From the NCBI RefSeq assembly GCF_009834535.1, contig NC_045697.1:3536001-3600000 (forward strand): a DNA stretch of 64,000 nucleotides. Reading direction: 5' to 3'. This DNA is from Camelus ferus. Taxonomy: Eukaryota. Shown piece after piece: positions 34,521-46,849 of the stretch; position 1 is the stretch's first letter; every line of letters starts with the position of its first letter. The notes below the pieces were generated by a model. It ran no database searches and was not told the DNA's origin. It saw nothing but the letters and a program-made list of their open reading frames with translations. Both the position numbers and the translations under genes were made by a program.

Positions 34521-36099
34521 GAGAGGACAGGTGAGAAGCCAGGCGGAGGGACAGGGGACTCTGTGACATTTCGGAGGAGCACGAGCTGTCCCTTCCTCTG
34601 TGGCCCCGCAGACACTCACTCAGCAAGAATGGTCACCCAGAACCCATTTAACAAGACAGACAGACAGACAAAGGGAGAATAAACAGAAAAGCCAGATATG
34701 GAAGGGAAGCAGAGAGACTGTGAGAGACACAGATGGAGAAGCAACAAAGAGAGGCAGAGCTGGAGAACACGGCGGGGGCAGATCAGAGACAGATGTGAGG
34801 CAGAGGGCGGGACGAGCCCGCTGCGTGTGCGGGGCAGGCGCTGGGGAGGGGACAGCAGTCCACTGTCCGCAGGATTAACACAGTAATAACCCAGAACGCC
34901 GCGCTTATCACCAGGTTGCATTCTAAGCAGGTGCTGCTGGGTTGTTTTCTGAAGATTTGTCAGGAAACAGCAAATGCATCGTCCAGTGCACACAGCCACA
35001 CTGCGGGTGAGAGTGACCCGGGCAGCTGAGGGCCGGTGGCTCCCACCAGGCGATGGGCAAGAGGCTGGGGTCACTGAGGGCAGGTGGGGGCGTTGCACGC
35101 GAGCCACGAGGGCATGGTCCTGGTCCCCCCACCGCCCCTGCTGGCCACGTGGCTCAAGGGGCGGGCTGTATGTAAATGTGAACACAGTGAGACAATGTGG
35201 GCTTCCCGATTTGTAAACCCCAGACTCAGACCACAGGTGGCCTTAGGCCAACCGAGCACTCCCGCCCCACTTCCTGGCCCTGCCCAGCCCTCATCAGTGC
35301 TCCCCAACCCCCTCCCCCAGACCACACAGCCAGGGAAGACGTGCCCACCTGGGCCCCAGTATTCAGAGGGGTGCACGGAACAGAAGTTGTGCGGAGCAAA
35401 CACAGATGAAGGATGTCGACCCCTGGGACGCGTTCCAAAGTGGGCCCGGCTCTAACTGGGAGAGTAGTGATTATGGGAATAATTAAAAGCAGTGAATTTT
35501 TCAGAGCCAGTTTAAAAAGCACTTGTGGCCAGTAGGGTTTTATTAGTAAGGCAGGAGAGAAGGGGCGCACATGGCCGTGGTGAACATCTCCACAGCCCAG
35601 CCCTCCCGGGGGCCTGGCCACTCCGGGCACAGGCCCCACCCCACCTGCCTGCCCGTGGGTGTCTGGCCTTCGGGCTCCCCACCACCAGCAATCTGCCGGG
35701 TCCACCCAGAAGCCAGTCCGCTCCTTTGAAACACCCCTCGCTGACAGCCTGGGTGCCCACCTCGGCTCAGCACGCTTTCACGAAGCCCAGCTGCACACCC
35801 AGCACTGAGCTGGCACCAGGATCAAAGACCAGCCAGGCTGCCCTTCAGAGGCCTCCATCGGGGCCCGCGTGCTAGGACCACGGGGGATGTTCCCGCAAGG
35901 CCAGGTTACTTAGCATCTGGAAACCTTGGTTTCATCACCTGCAAAGTAGGGGTGGATAAAGGAACCAGGCTAGCGGGAGGGCTAAACACGCGAACACATC
36001 GCGAACACCTGATTCCAGTGCCTGATGTACCATCAGAACTCAAGAAATACAAGTTACCCCCGTTATTCCTCAAGTTCATAGAAAAACTTCCTCACACAA

Positions 36100-36635
36100 T
36101 TTGCTTTCTCTGAATGAACTCCAATTCCGTCACTCCTGTGAGAAAGCCAGCAGGGCTGGAAGAGTGAGGTACCTGAAGATGCCATTAATGATAAGTAATT
36201 TCCCCAGGAATTCCGAAAGGGCCACCCGGGAAGCAAGCTTATCTCATGTCAGCTCCTTGGCCTTACATGCAGGACTCTCTCAATTAATTCCACCTTTACA
36301 GCTCATCTTGGTACATCAGACGGTTGCAGAAATCATCCTCACTCCAGTTCATCGAAACTGGTTGTCTCTGCCTGTTCATTTCACACAATTTGCAAAAAGT
36401 TGCCCCTCTGAACTAGCCTGGTTTCTGGGTATTCATCGCAAGTCTATTAGCGCAGACACTGTAATAATGAATTGAAATTTACATCGTGTGTAATCTCATT
36501 AATTGCACGATCATATCGGGTTTGACAGTTTAATGCATTACTAAGGGAAAATAGTCTAATACATGACATTAAAGATCTTATCAAGGTTAATTTGCCTTAA
36601 AACGTAGTTACTACATAATTTTTCATCTCCATTTT
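36100..36635. promoter_or_regulatory. Homeodomain-site-dense AT-rich island, strongest enhancer candidate
   Basis: CATTAATG, AATTAATT, TAATCTCATTA (36491-36501), TTGACAG, TAATGCATTA (36531-36540), GTTAATTTG; no repeat signature. Confidence 0.55.
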
Positions 36636-36637
36636 AG

Positions 36638-36960
36638 ATGCTGTGGTTTAAACATGTGGGGCTTTGATCTGGGAGGAAGGTATCCACGCATACCAACAGA
36701 ATCAGAGTGGCACACTCATCTTTCAGGGGAGAAGGGAAGAGGGGAAATAAGCATGGGATTTGGAACCATTCAGGTAAGTCTGTCAGTTCGTCCCGTAGGT
36801 GCTGTGTGACCTTGGGCAAAATGCTGACCCTCCCTGGGCCTTGAGCTCCTCATCTGCAAAGGGCTGCAGGAATCCCCATTACATGGGACTCTTGTGAGGC
36901 TGAAAGAGGTGCATAGAAGGCCCAGCAGAAAGCCTGGCACATAGAGGTGCATTTTATTCT
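36638..36960 (+). mobile_element. MIR SINE (with internal insertion)
   Basis: GCTGTGTGACCTTGGGCAAA...CTCATCTGCAAAGGG...GCCTGGCACATAG. Confidence 0.75.
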
Positions 36961-37399
36961 CATTCACCATCACATCCTCAACAGCCAGTATAAGGCGGGC
37001 ACATGGGAAGTCCACTGTAAATGGACCCAGGGTTGCCAAGGACACCACATGCAAAGAGACAGATGGGTGAATCAACGCACATGCTGGTGACAAGTCAAAT
37101 CGAAAGAGAGGGTGGGGGAGACAAGGGCAGGTGCCCCACCTCAGACAGGTGACCCAGAGTGATCCCAAACACAGGAGACCTGGAGGAGCTGCCCTGACAG
37201 CTTCCCTCGGGGCAAAGGCTTTAGCCTGACTCAATTCTGTTCAAGAAGCATTTACGTGGCACCAAGATGGGCTGGGTCATAGCTGTCCTCAAGCACTAAT
37301 TTTTTTCACATGTTTGTGGGTGAAGATAGTGCTGCATGACAGAAACAATAAAATAATAATAACCAATATTAATGAAATATTCCTCATGGACATGATCTT

Positions 37400-38700
37400 A
37401 CTCATTTGATCAACAAATACTTACAGAGCACCCGCGGCCACGTGCGAGTCTATGTTAGGTGCTGGGCATGAATTGCTGAGCAGGTCTGACTTGCTCCCTG
37501 GCCTCCCGGGTCTTTCCAGCAGTGATAGCACAGTTTGATGAATGTTATGAAGGGAACTCACGGCAGGGGAAACTGGTACCATCTGAGATCTGGGAAGGTC
37601 TGCCTGGAAAAGGGCCATTGAAGTGAGGCTGAAAGAAAAGAAGGGTCTGTCCTTTGGGAAGATAAAACAAGTGCAAATGTCTACGCACCTAACAACACAG
37701 CCCTAATACACATAAAGCAAAACTGACAGAATCAAAAGGAGAAAAAGAAGACTCAATGATCACAGCTGGAGATTTCAATACTCCACTTTCAGTAATGGTT
37801 AATCCAACTAGACAGAAGATCAGTATGGATACAGAAGACCTGAGCAGCACTGTCAACCGACTTGACCTAAGTGGCATTTCCAGAACCGACAGCAGCAGAA
37901 AGCACACGCTTTTCCAGGGCACAGGGAACACGCTCCAGGAGAGATAACATGTTAGGCTCTAAAGCAAGCCCAGTAAGTATAAAAGGGTCAAAATCATACC
38001 AAATATGTTCTCTGGCCACAGTGAGATCACAACAGAAGGAAATTTAAGAAACCTTCAAACACTGAAAAATAAACAGCACATTTACACATTACCTGGAGAT
38101 CAAAATGGAAATCACACAGGAAATTAGAAAGGTGAATGAAAATGAAACACAATGTATCATAATACACTGGGACGCAGCCAGAGTGGTGTGAGGAGGAAAA
38201 TTTGTAGCTTTAAATGCTTAGAAAGGAAAAAAATCTAAAATCAACCATCTAAGCTCCACCTCAAGAAGCTAGAAAAAGAAGAGAAAACTAAACCCAAAGT
38301 GAGTAGAAGGAAGGAAATAATAAAAACCAGGGCAGAAATAAATGGAATAGATGACAGAAAAGCAACAGAAAGGAATCAGTGAAACCAAAAAAAATGGTTC
38401 TTGGAGAAAATAAATAGAAATAATAAACCTTTAGCTAGACTGACCTTGAAGAAAAAGAAGGAATCAGCCAGAGAAAAGATAGGAAGAAGATGAAGGAATA
38501 AGGGGGAGAAAGGTGTTCCAGGCAGAGGAACCAGCAGTAGTAGAAACCCAGAGACAAGAGAGGATGGGGACACAGTGACACTCCAGGAACTGAAGTGTGG
38601 GGTAGGGGAGACAGCTGAGTCCTGAGGCATCGTCAGTGCTCTCAGAGTCGCCGCAAGGGCAATAAGACATCACTTGAAGGTTTTAAGTAGAAAGAGACAT
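37400..38700 (-). mobile_element. L2 LINE interrupted by an L1 fragment
   Basis: TCAACAAATACTTAC...TAGGTGCTGGG and GAAGTGAGGCTGAAAG on the left; AAGGAATCAGCCAG...TTCCAGGCAGAGGAACCAGCA...GAAGGTTTTAAG on the right. Confidence 0.7.
37645..38460 (+). mobile_element. L1 ORF2 fragment (endonuclease domain and linker), decayed
   Basis: NVYAPNN (37676-37696). ORF 37756-37947 reads AGDFNTPLS...TRQKISMDTEDL. The A-rich linker CTCAAGAAGCTAGAAAAAGAAGAG...AAACCTTTAGCTAGACTGAC follows. Frameshifts present. Confidence 0.92.
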
Positions 38701-39159
38701 AGAGGGTTTCACGGTCACTGCATCTCAAAGATGGGAAACTGGACTCAGAGAGGTCTTGAGACTTGCCTGAAGTCACATGGCTAGCCAGGGACATCACCAG
38801 AGCTCATGCGCACCGATTTCCATCAAACCATCCTGGACAGAGCACTGGAGGGGCAGTCAGAGAGCCCCCCAAGTCACCGCCCAACCCTGGGGGGGCCGCT
38901 GTAAACCGACGGGGCTACTGGCAAAGCCCCACCGTTCCTTCCAACAATGACATGTATGAGTCAAAATAGAGACAAGTTAGGTTTTGCTGTCCTGAAATCA
39001 CATCTAATCCATGGTTTTTAGACTTCCTATTGGTCTTGCCAGCACAGCTCAATTCCACCTTTCCTAGGCCACACACTGTGAAGGGTTCAGGTTCAAACCG
39101 ACACCAAGCAGAAATAAACACCATTGTCTCCGCCCACTGGGACCGGCCTCTGCGGCCCC

Positions 39160-39480
39160 CAAGCTCCCCTCTGAAACCAGGCCCTGACACAGCATGAGCA
39201 CCATCTTATCACAGGGTAAGTCCATACCATCCCCACAGAATCCACCCGAATCCTGGAGGAAAGCCACAGCACACAGCCCGCTCTCCCACCAGTAACACAA
39301 AGAGGGGCAGGCCCCCTCGAGAAGGAGGGTGGCCACGTTGTCCACCTCCCAGCATCAGCATATTGGGGGGTCTGGGTAGCCCCCAGAGCTGGAAGGCAGT
39401 TTCCAACCCCACTGCCAACCCCCAAGAATTCTGGGCCCCTCCTGGATTCAGCTGGGCATCTCACAGAAAGAATTCTCAAT
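39160..39480 (-). mobile_element. Possible ERVL LTR (LTR16/LTR33-like) fragment
   Basis: Minus strand TGTGTCAGGGCCTGGTTTCAGAGGGGAGCTTGGG resembles the LTR16/33 3' end. Confidence 0.3.
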
Positions 39481-40419
39481 ACTGTTCGTGAGGATAAATG
39501 AGTCGGGCTGCAGGGAAGGGCTTTTATCAGCTTTGCAATGTCGGTCCCATTTCCAAACCTGAACCCATTCTCCCAACTTCCCCTCCAACACGGTGCCCCC
39601 TCCTTACCTCCTGCCCCCGTTCAGAAAGGGCTCACTGGTCAGGGGCACATTTTTATCTCTCAGTTCATACTTCCCCCTCAGCCCATCGGGTGGCGGGGAC
39701 CACCCAAACTGCTCCACCTTCTCCCGGTGCAAGGAGAGTCGGGGGGCACCTGCCTCAGTCGTCCCCCCCTTCTTCCCACCCCTGCCCCACGGGAGCGGGT
39801 GTGTCTACTAGAGAGGTCCTGGCCCCCGGCCAGCTGGGGCAGAGCCCAGGCTGTAGCAGAACAGGCACGCTAATCCTCACCGAGCCTAACCTTCTCCCTT
39901 CCAGACAGAAGCAGCAGCAAAGGCCTGGGGGTGTTCGCAAGTCACCTGGTTTTCTTCCACTTCTAGGAGGTTCCATGGGATAAGCAAGGCCCAGCCTCCT
40001 AGGGGCCCAGTGTCCCCCAGAGGACGCTCAGTGTCCCCTCTAAGGGTCTGATGACTCGGGACTCAGCAGCGAGAGCTGGGGGTGGGGTGGGAGCAACCGC
40101 ACTTGCTTGATGGTGGACGAGGTAGTGACTACACAGGAGCAGCTGTCTTTGCAGGGACAGCGCAGCGCAGGGGTGTCAGGACCCAGCACCCCAACCCTCC
40201 TCGGCCCGTCCTCACTCGCAGCCCTGGGGAAGTTAACTCCTGTGGGCGGCTGTCCCAGAGGTTCAGCCAGTCCTCCCAGCGTACTTCACACAGGGCCACC
40301 AGGAGGTTCCTGACACTGCCACTTCCCAGCTGCAGGCCTTGGACCAGCCACTAAACCTGGGGCCTTGGGATCCCCCTGCGCCCCTCTCCACCCTGGGACA
40401 CAGGTATGACAAGGCAAGG

Positions 40420-40630
40420 TGCTTTCTAAGCAGAGAGCAGCTTCTGTGCGTTAGCTCACTGAGCCCTCCAAACAATCCAGTCACATAGGTACTATTATTA
40501 TTAGCCCTATTTTCCAGATGGGAAAACTGAGGCAGGCAGGTTAGGAACCCTGCCCAGAGTCACCCAGGTAGAAGTGGCCACACTGGGCTTTGCAGCTGGA
40601 GCTAGAAGCCTCAGTCTGTGTCTGACCACC
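40420..40630 (-). mobile_element. MIR SINE
   Basis: TAGGTACTATTATTATTAGCCCTATTTTCCAGATGGGAAAACTGAGGCA. Confidence 0.85.
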
Positions 40631-41784
40631 TGCCACTTATGTAAGTCAAGTCTCTGCAGAGGAGCAAGGAAAACAGACTCATGGACACCCTTCAGGTGCC
40701 AGGCACAGGGCCGTGCAGGCCACTCCGAATTACACCTGCCGTGTCCCAGGCATTGGGACTGCTATGTCTACCCTAGACATGCAGGGGCTGAGGCTCAGAC
40801 ATGTCACCTGCTGCACCTTGTGGCACTTAGCCCAGCGAGTGGACGTGCCAGGAGGCAAACCGAGACCCTCTGTTTGCAAAGTCCCAGGTGACTTCTCCAG
40901 CGTCACACTGCCCACCATCACTCAGGACTGCTGCGACCATCTGAATCCCCCTGAAACCTGCACTCTAGACCGGCACGCAGAGTCCCTGCAAGCACTTGGG
41001 CACATCTGCAAATGGCACGGTCAGACCAGGCTCACGCCCGGTGCTACGGTTTTAGCTGGGCAGTCATGGACCACACCCTTGGCTTTCTCAGGTTCAGTGT
41101 CACATTGTCCTAACAGTAGAGTCACAGATGGAAAAAGGCTCAGCAGAGGGTCATGCACACAGGGACGGTCAAGCATCATTCCCCTCCCATCACCACCGTT
41201 GCTTTTCCACCCCTCATCCCTCAGTTCTGAGAACCCACAACCCCGGCCCCTCTGCTAGGGGGAGACCTTGGTGTCTCCATCTTCAAGGTAACTGCATCGT
41301 CTCTCTGCCTTGGCAACTGAAATTTACAACTGAAGATATCACATTGGCTCCACCCCCCTGCTCACATCTCTGAGGGTTAATAATAATTAACCTTATAATC
41401 ACTGCCCGCCTCAGCGGCCAATTACTGCACTCAGGCCATTCTTTAAGGCAGATTACTTTACCTGAAACTTTATAGGGGACACTTCATTACCCTGGCTTTG
41501 GAAATCCTGCAGGGAGGGAGGTCTGGGGGAGGGAGAATGAGAAAAGTCTCGCAAGACCTGCTCCAAATCCTGAGCTCAGGAACCCCAAGCTGGCTGGGCC
41601 GGGGTCCCTGCAGGGCACCCCACACCTCCACTTCAGAGCTGCATCTCCAAGGACACAAGGTCACATCCTGGTCTGCAAGACGGCCCCCTCCATGTGTCCC
41701 CACCGCACACTGCACCGAACAACTCTTGTTCATTGAGTGAAGGCCAAGAAATGAAGGCAGTTATCCGTCCCCATCGGAGCCATC

Positions 41785-41955
41785 TAGGGCCGGCTGCACA
41801 ATTCATGAGGCCAAGTGCACAATGAAAATGCAGGGCCTCCTGATAAAAAAACAATTAAGAAAGTCAAGATGAGAAACAGCAGTGTAAACTAAAAGCAAGG
41901 CCATCCCAAGTGTGGCCCCCCAAGTGCAGAGCCCTTCTGAGTTCAGGGACCTGTT
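41785..41955 (-). mobile_element. MER45A-like hAT-Tip100 MITE
   Basis: AGGGCCGGCTGCACAATT...GTGCACAATGAAAATGCAGGGCC...GCCCTTCTGAG is the reverse complement of the remembered MER45A. Confidence 0.75.
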
Positions 41956-42841
41956 GAAACAGCCCAGTCTGCAGGTGGAGCAGCCTGGACAACTGAACAG
42001 GAGGCACCCCCGAGAGACCCCCCTGGAGCAACAAGCTTTGGATCATAATGCTTTGGCCACAGACGACTTGGCTCCCCCATTCTCAACCCAGAGAAAGCTT
42101 TCTCAAAGTCATAGTGAGCCATGCCCAAACACAGAACTCTCTGCAGGACCAGAAAGGCTTCCTGGAGGAAGGGCCTTGGAGCTGGGCCTTGGACAGGTAG
42201 AGGGGGAGGGACACTCACAGTGCCTCCATTCAGCAAGCACTCCTGCACAGAGATGCTGGGTCAGGCAAGGAGCCAGGGACTGTGACCCAGTAGTCAACAG
42301 GACCATCCTCCCAGGCTTTGCATAACGTTCCTTTCTGAGAGGTGGGACCACTTCCTCCTTGCTCCTCATGCTTCCTTTGCTGCTTGTGGCTGTGGCCTGC
42401 AGGCTGGGTTTGTTCCAGCTGCTCTGGCAGTGCAGGAGGGAGAAGGGCCGTGCTTGAACAGTGACAGGGCTGAGAGACTGAGCTCTTCCTCTTGGCTACA
42501 GCCCTAAAACTGCATCCTCCCAGTCTCCCAAGACAACAATAAAGCAGTCACGTGATCTCTGATGTTTGCCTCCTGTGTCTTATTTCACAGCTGGTCCTGA
42601 GCTCATGATGGGACCAGGGAGTGTCACTGAATGCCCATGGGACCCCATGTTTCCTGCTGAGGGACACATCCACCTCTCCCTCACCTTGCTTCTGGCTTCA
42701 TTTCTGGCTCTGAGTTGGACCTGCACCCAGGTCCCGGGGAGTTGCACCCTTGGTGCTGGAGGGGAACAGTGTGGGATACCACGTGTCTGAGCGCCAGGCT
42801 GCAGAGGAACAAGCACATCTGTCTCATCAGAAGATTCACCT

Positions 42842-42986
42842 TCAATATCTTGTAGTAGCTCATGGCAGAAAAGAATCTGAAAACAAATATGTGTATGTTC
42901 ATGTGTGACTGAAGAATTGTGCTGTGCACCAGAAACTGACACAACATTGTAAACTGACTATAACTCAATAAAAAAATAAAAAGAAA
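42842..42986 (+). mobile_element. Young lineage-specific L1 3' end (5'-truncated, about 145 bp)
   Basis: TCAATATCTTGTA...GCTGTGCACCAGAAACTGACACAACATTGTAAACTGACTATAACTCAATAAAAAAA is an artiodactyl-type L1 terminus. AATAAA 42967-42972. TSD at 42831-42844 and 43097-43110. Confidence 0.85.
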
Positions 42987-44244
42987 TTATTTTTCTGCAC
43001 CGATGATTCAAATGTAGAACAGTTCCTGTCCTCAAAATGCTCCCGTTGAGTCGGGCTTAACTGAGAAATAAAGTGGGACAATGAAGAAGAAAAAAAAAGA
43101 TTCACCTTCAGACCAGCAGCAAGGGAGGGGCCCAGCGGAGACCGAGCGGATTCAGGAAACCCGGTGCGAGAAAGGTTCCGAAGGGAGGAGCCCGGCGTCT
43201 CTCAGGGCAGGTGCAGGCTGAGCTCCGGGCTTCCCCCACAGACACAAGGAGGTGCAGGAGCCCTGCCCCTGCCCCTGCCCCTGCCGCCTGGGACCACTCC
43301 GGCTTTAGTACCGGATGCTCCACATCCTGAGAACCACGCAGTCCAGGCAAACCGCCCCAGCCCAGCCTCCCCGACCTCCACGACATCGGGCGGCATGTTC
43401 ACAGGCCCAAGGAGGCAGAGCTATGGAGGCTTAGCACTCACACAGGCCCAAGTTCGAGTCCTGGCCTGGATTCTTACGGACTATGGGGTCCCAGGAGTGT
43501 AGATCTGCCGCCCAGCCTCGAGGCAGAAGTCACAAAGTCCAACCTGCTGGGAAGAGGGGAGCCGGGAGGCCCCTCTCAGGCAGGATCTTCATGAATTTCT
43601 GGACAGGACAGAAGGACGAGCGCATCCTGGCGTGGGGTGGGGCAGGGGGGTTTCGGTGCCCCCGGCAGACTCTGCCCTGCAGACTCTGCCCTGCAGAAGC
43701 GCATCCAGCCTCGCGGGTCCCCGTGTATTTACCGTGGAGGCAACAGCTCCTGCTGTGGGACCGGCTGCGGGGCCACAGGGGCTACAGGGGCCACGTGCCT
43801 TCACAGGAACAGGCAGACCCCACGTCTCCATCCCCTCACGGGAGCCTTGCCCGCCCCCGGGCAGCAGCTCCGGAACAGGCTGCGCAGCCCCAGGCGTTGT
43901 AACCAATCACCTCCGCTGTCTGGTGTCCTGCCTCCTGGGATTAAATAAATGGTTTCCAACTGCGATTGAGGCGCTGCATAAAATATTTCCAAATTAATTT
44001 TTAAAGAATAAGTGAGGGCATGAACGTTTCATGTGCTAACTGAGGGATGGGGACAGAAGCGCGGGGGGAGGGGGGTGGCAGGAAAGTGTTACAGAAAGAA
44101 CACTGGACGGGGAGCCCCAGAGCCTCCCATCTGGCTCCCCCTCAGCCCCCTGGGTGACCCTAGGCCTCAGCTTCCACACCAGTTCAGAGGCACCTGGACC
44201 AGGTGGCCTCATAGTCCCTGTTCAGCACGGGTTAGACAGGTCAG

Positions 44245-44500
44245 CTTGAATGAATTCATTCACTCATTCAACCAATAGGCACAGTGCCAGGCTCCATGCT
44301 ATAGTCAGGGAGCTCACACCCTCGCAGGGACCCAATTACAAGGTGGGGTACAAAGGCAGCTGCACAACATCTGCAGGGACCCACCCACCCGACCCCATGG
44401 AGAGCCCACAGATCAGGGAAGGGTGTTTGCAGCAGAGGAACAGCATGCACAAGTGCAGACGCACAGAGAACACTCTTGCTCCAGAAACTCGAAGGAGCCC
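44245..44500 (-). mobile_element. L2 3' region
   Basis: TTCATTCACTCATTCAACCAATA...GCAGAGGAACAGCATGCACAAG. Confidence 0.65.
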
Positions 44501-44639
44501 TGGGTGATCAGCTCACAGGTGACCACGCAAACCCTGCTAAGGCGCGTGGACCTCGCTACACACGTGGGCTGAGAGTACTCAGATCCTGATCTTCCATCAG
44601 GCTTTAGACCCTAGCAACCATTCCCCAACTGCAGCCAGG

Positions 44640-45135
44640 GTGTAAAGCCACTGTCACTTTAGTGGGGAGCCCTTCAGAGACTTCCCGTCATCTTCAAAGT
44701 CCAAGCCCCTTACTGTGGAAGGCCTGCCACTCCCCTGGTCAACCACCTGGCCTCCTGCTAGCTCCTTCAACAAGCCAGGTTTCCTCCCACCACAGGGCCT
44801 TTGCACTTGTGGTCCTACTGCCTAGAACGCCCCCCTTCTGACTCTGCTTGAACTTCTATCACAGATCAGTCCAAAGGTCACCTTCCCAGGAAAGCCCTCC
44901 CTGTCCAGCTCCCGCCCGCTCTCGCATCTTCTCCTCCCTCCGAGCACAACCACTACTGTCACCAATGACCTGTGCAGCTGTTTGCTCAGGGTCTCTCCCC
45001 ACCATTCCAGACAGGCAGGGACACACCACTCCCCACCAGGGCTGTTTACTGGCCCTTCCCACCAGGCCCAGCACAGAGCAGGTATCTAACAAATCTTTGT
45101 AAGTGAGTGAATGCATGAATGAGAGAATCAAAGAA
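44640..45135 (+). mobile_element. L2 3' region
   Basis: CACAGGGCCTTTGCACTTG...GCCTAGAACGC...CCCAGCACAGAGCAGG...GTGAATGCATGAATGA. Confidence 0.75.
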
Positions 45136-46849
45136 TGAAGATCCTCTGGCCCCAACTTCTGAGATTCTTCTACGAACTATCTGTCCTACAGTCCTCAGGC
45201 TTGCAGGGAGGCTCAACAGGACTCTGATGTCTAGAACTGGCACTTGTCTAACTAAGCCTTCCTCTCTCTTTAGCCATGAGCATTTATTAAATTCCTAGTG
45301 TATGCCCAGCCCTTGGACACATCTCAATAATCCCTACAACCATGCTGGCTGTAACAGTGATGATGCCTGTTTCTCAGAAGGGAATGGGTCCAGATCCAGG
45401 GCCATCTGCTCCCAGCTCTGTGCTTTTTCTGACCCAGCCATCTCGGCCCTGACCTGAAATTTCCTCGGAACTCTGGAACCTGCCTCACACCTGGGGTTTC
45501 GGAACAGCATCTGGGGCACGGCTCACTCAGGCTGCTCTGGGAGCTTCCACAAAGATCTGGAAGGAGGTCCTGGACCCAAGGCAAGAGCCCTTCACCTGTC
45601 TGCTCGCCTGGCTCCTCTTGGCCCAGGCCAAGGCCCTGCAGCCCCTCTCTCCGCCCCACCCCGACGGGGGACTACAGGAGGTTAGGGTCTCCCCCACCAC
45701 CCTGGGAGGCCAGGACCCCTGTGCCACATCTCCCCCCAGGACCCCTGACCTGGATGTCAGCATGGGCACCAACAAGCATCACAGAACTACCCGCCAGATA
45801 CACGGTCACCGCCCTCCCGTCAGCAGAGCAGGGGTTCACAGAAAGGTGGGCGGGGCCTCCTTCAGCTTTGTAGTTTCTTCCCTGGGCAGGTAGGGGAGTC
45901 CATCCCTCCAGGGCAGAGGGCCGTTAGCTCCAGAGGCCACTGTCCACACCCTTGGATGACAGCGCAAATCAGGGCACAGAACAAGGCAATTGTCACCTGT
46001 CTGACACTCCGGGTTAAAAAGTGGACCCAGGCGCACAGCCGGCGGTGGGGTAGATGTGGGTTAGAAGTTACCATCCCTCGAAAGACACATGAGAAAGGCA
46101 GGAGCGCCCACCAACCCCAGCCAGAAGGGGGCAGAGCTGAGACATGAGCCAGGCCAGCCTCTAAACCCAGCCGCTGAGGTCCCAGTGCAGGCCTGGCCTG
46201 GCTCCCAGCCTCCTCTGCGCCGAGCCCACACCAGGCACCCCCCTATCACCGCAGAAGAGCCGCTGGCCACGCCCACCCAGCTGGGAACCTGGGCGGTCTT
46301 CCCACCTGCTGAGCCTCAACCTCCTCACAGGGGAAATGGGCGAACACAGCCCAGAGTGAGGGAAGCTCAGAAAGCCAAAGGGGCTGTGCGCATTTAAGGA
46401 TGAGGGTTGCTGATAAACTGTGCAGGAAGAGGAGAAAGGAGCGCCAGCAAGAGGGAAGCAGGGTGGCCAGGCGCCGGTGGGCAGCTCTCAGCAGGGCCGG
46501 GGTCTGATGGAGCCTGGACGTGGAATTTCTCTCACAGTGTTTTGGTTCTCTGCAAAATGTTTGGGTTATCAAAGAATCTTCCCTTCCTTTAAAATTCCCT
46601 TCACTCCTAAGGCAGGGTGCAGAACAAAATCAGGTTTCTTTTTTTTTTCACCTTTCCCAGACTAAGTGGAGACCTGTATAAAAACCACTAAAAACAAGAC
46701 ATCTCTTGTCCTGTGGTTGGAACCCAGGAGCTAAAACTCAAAGAGCAGTGGAGATGAGAGCTAAGAGGTGAGGGTGTCCTGGACAAGAATTTCCAGAGAT
46801 TTTGGAATTTCAAGCACAAACTTGGATCTCACCTTGGCACAGCTTACCA

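Noticed and set aside
37756..37947. Endonuclease-like ORF as a functional gene
   Set aside because: Short piece of a frameshifted L1 ORF2 remnant.
43665..43697. 14-bp tandem duplication GCAGACTCTGCCCT x2.4
   Set aside because: Ordinary slippage duplication with no spacers or recognisable motif; not CRISPR-like.
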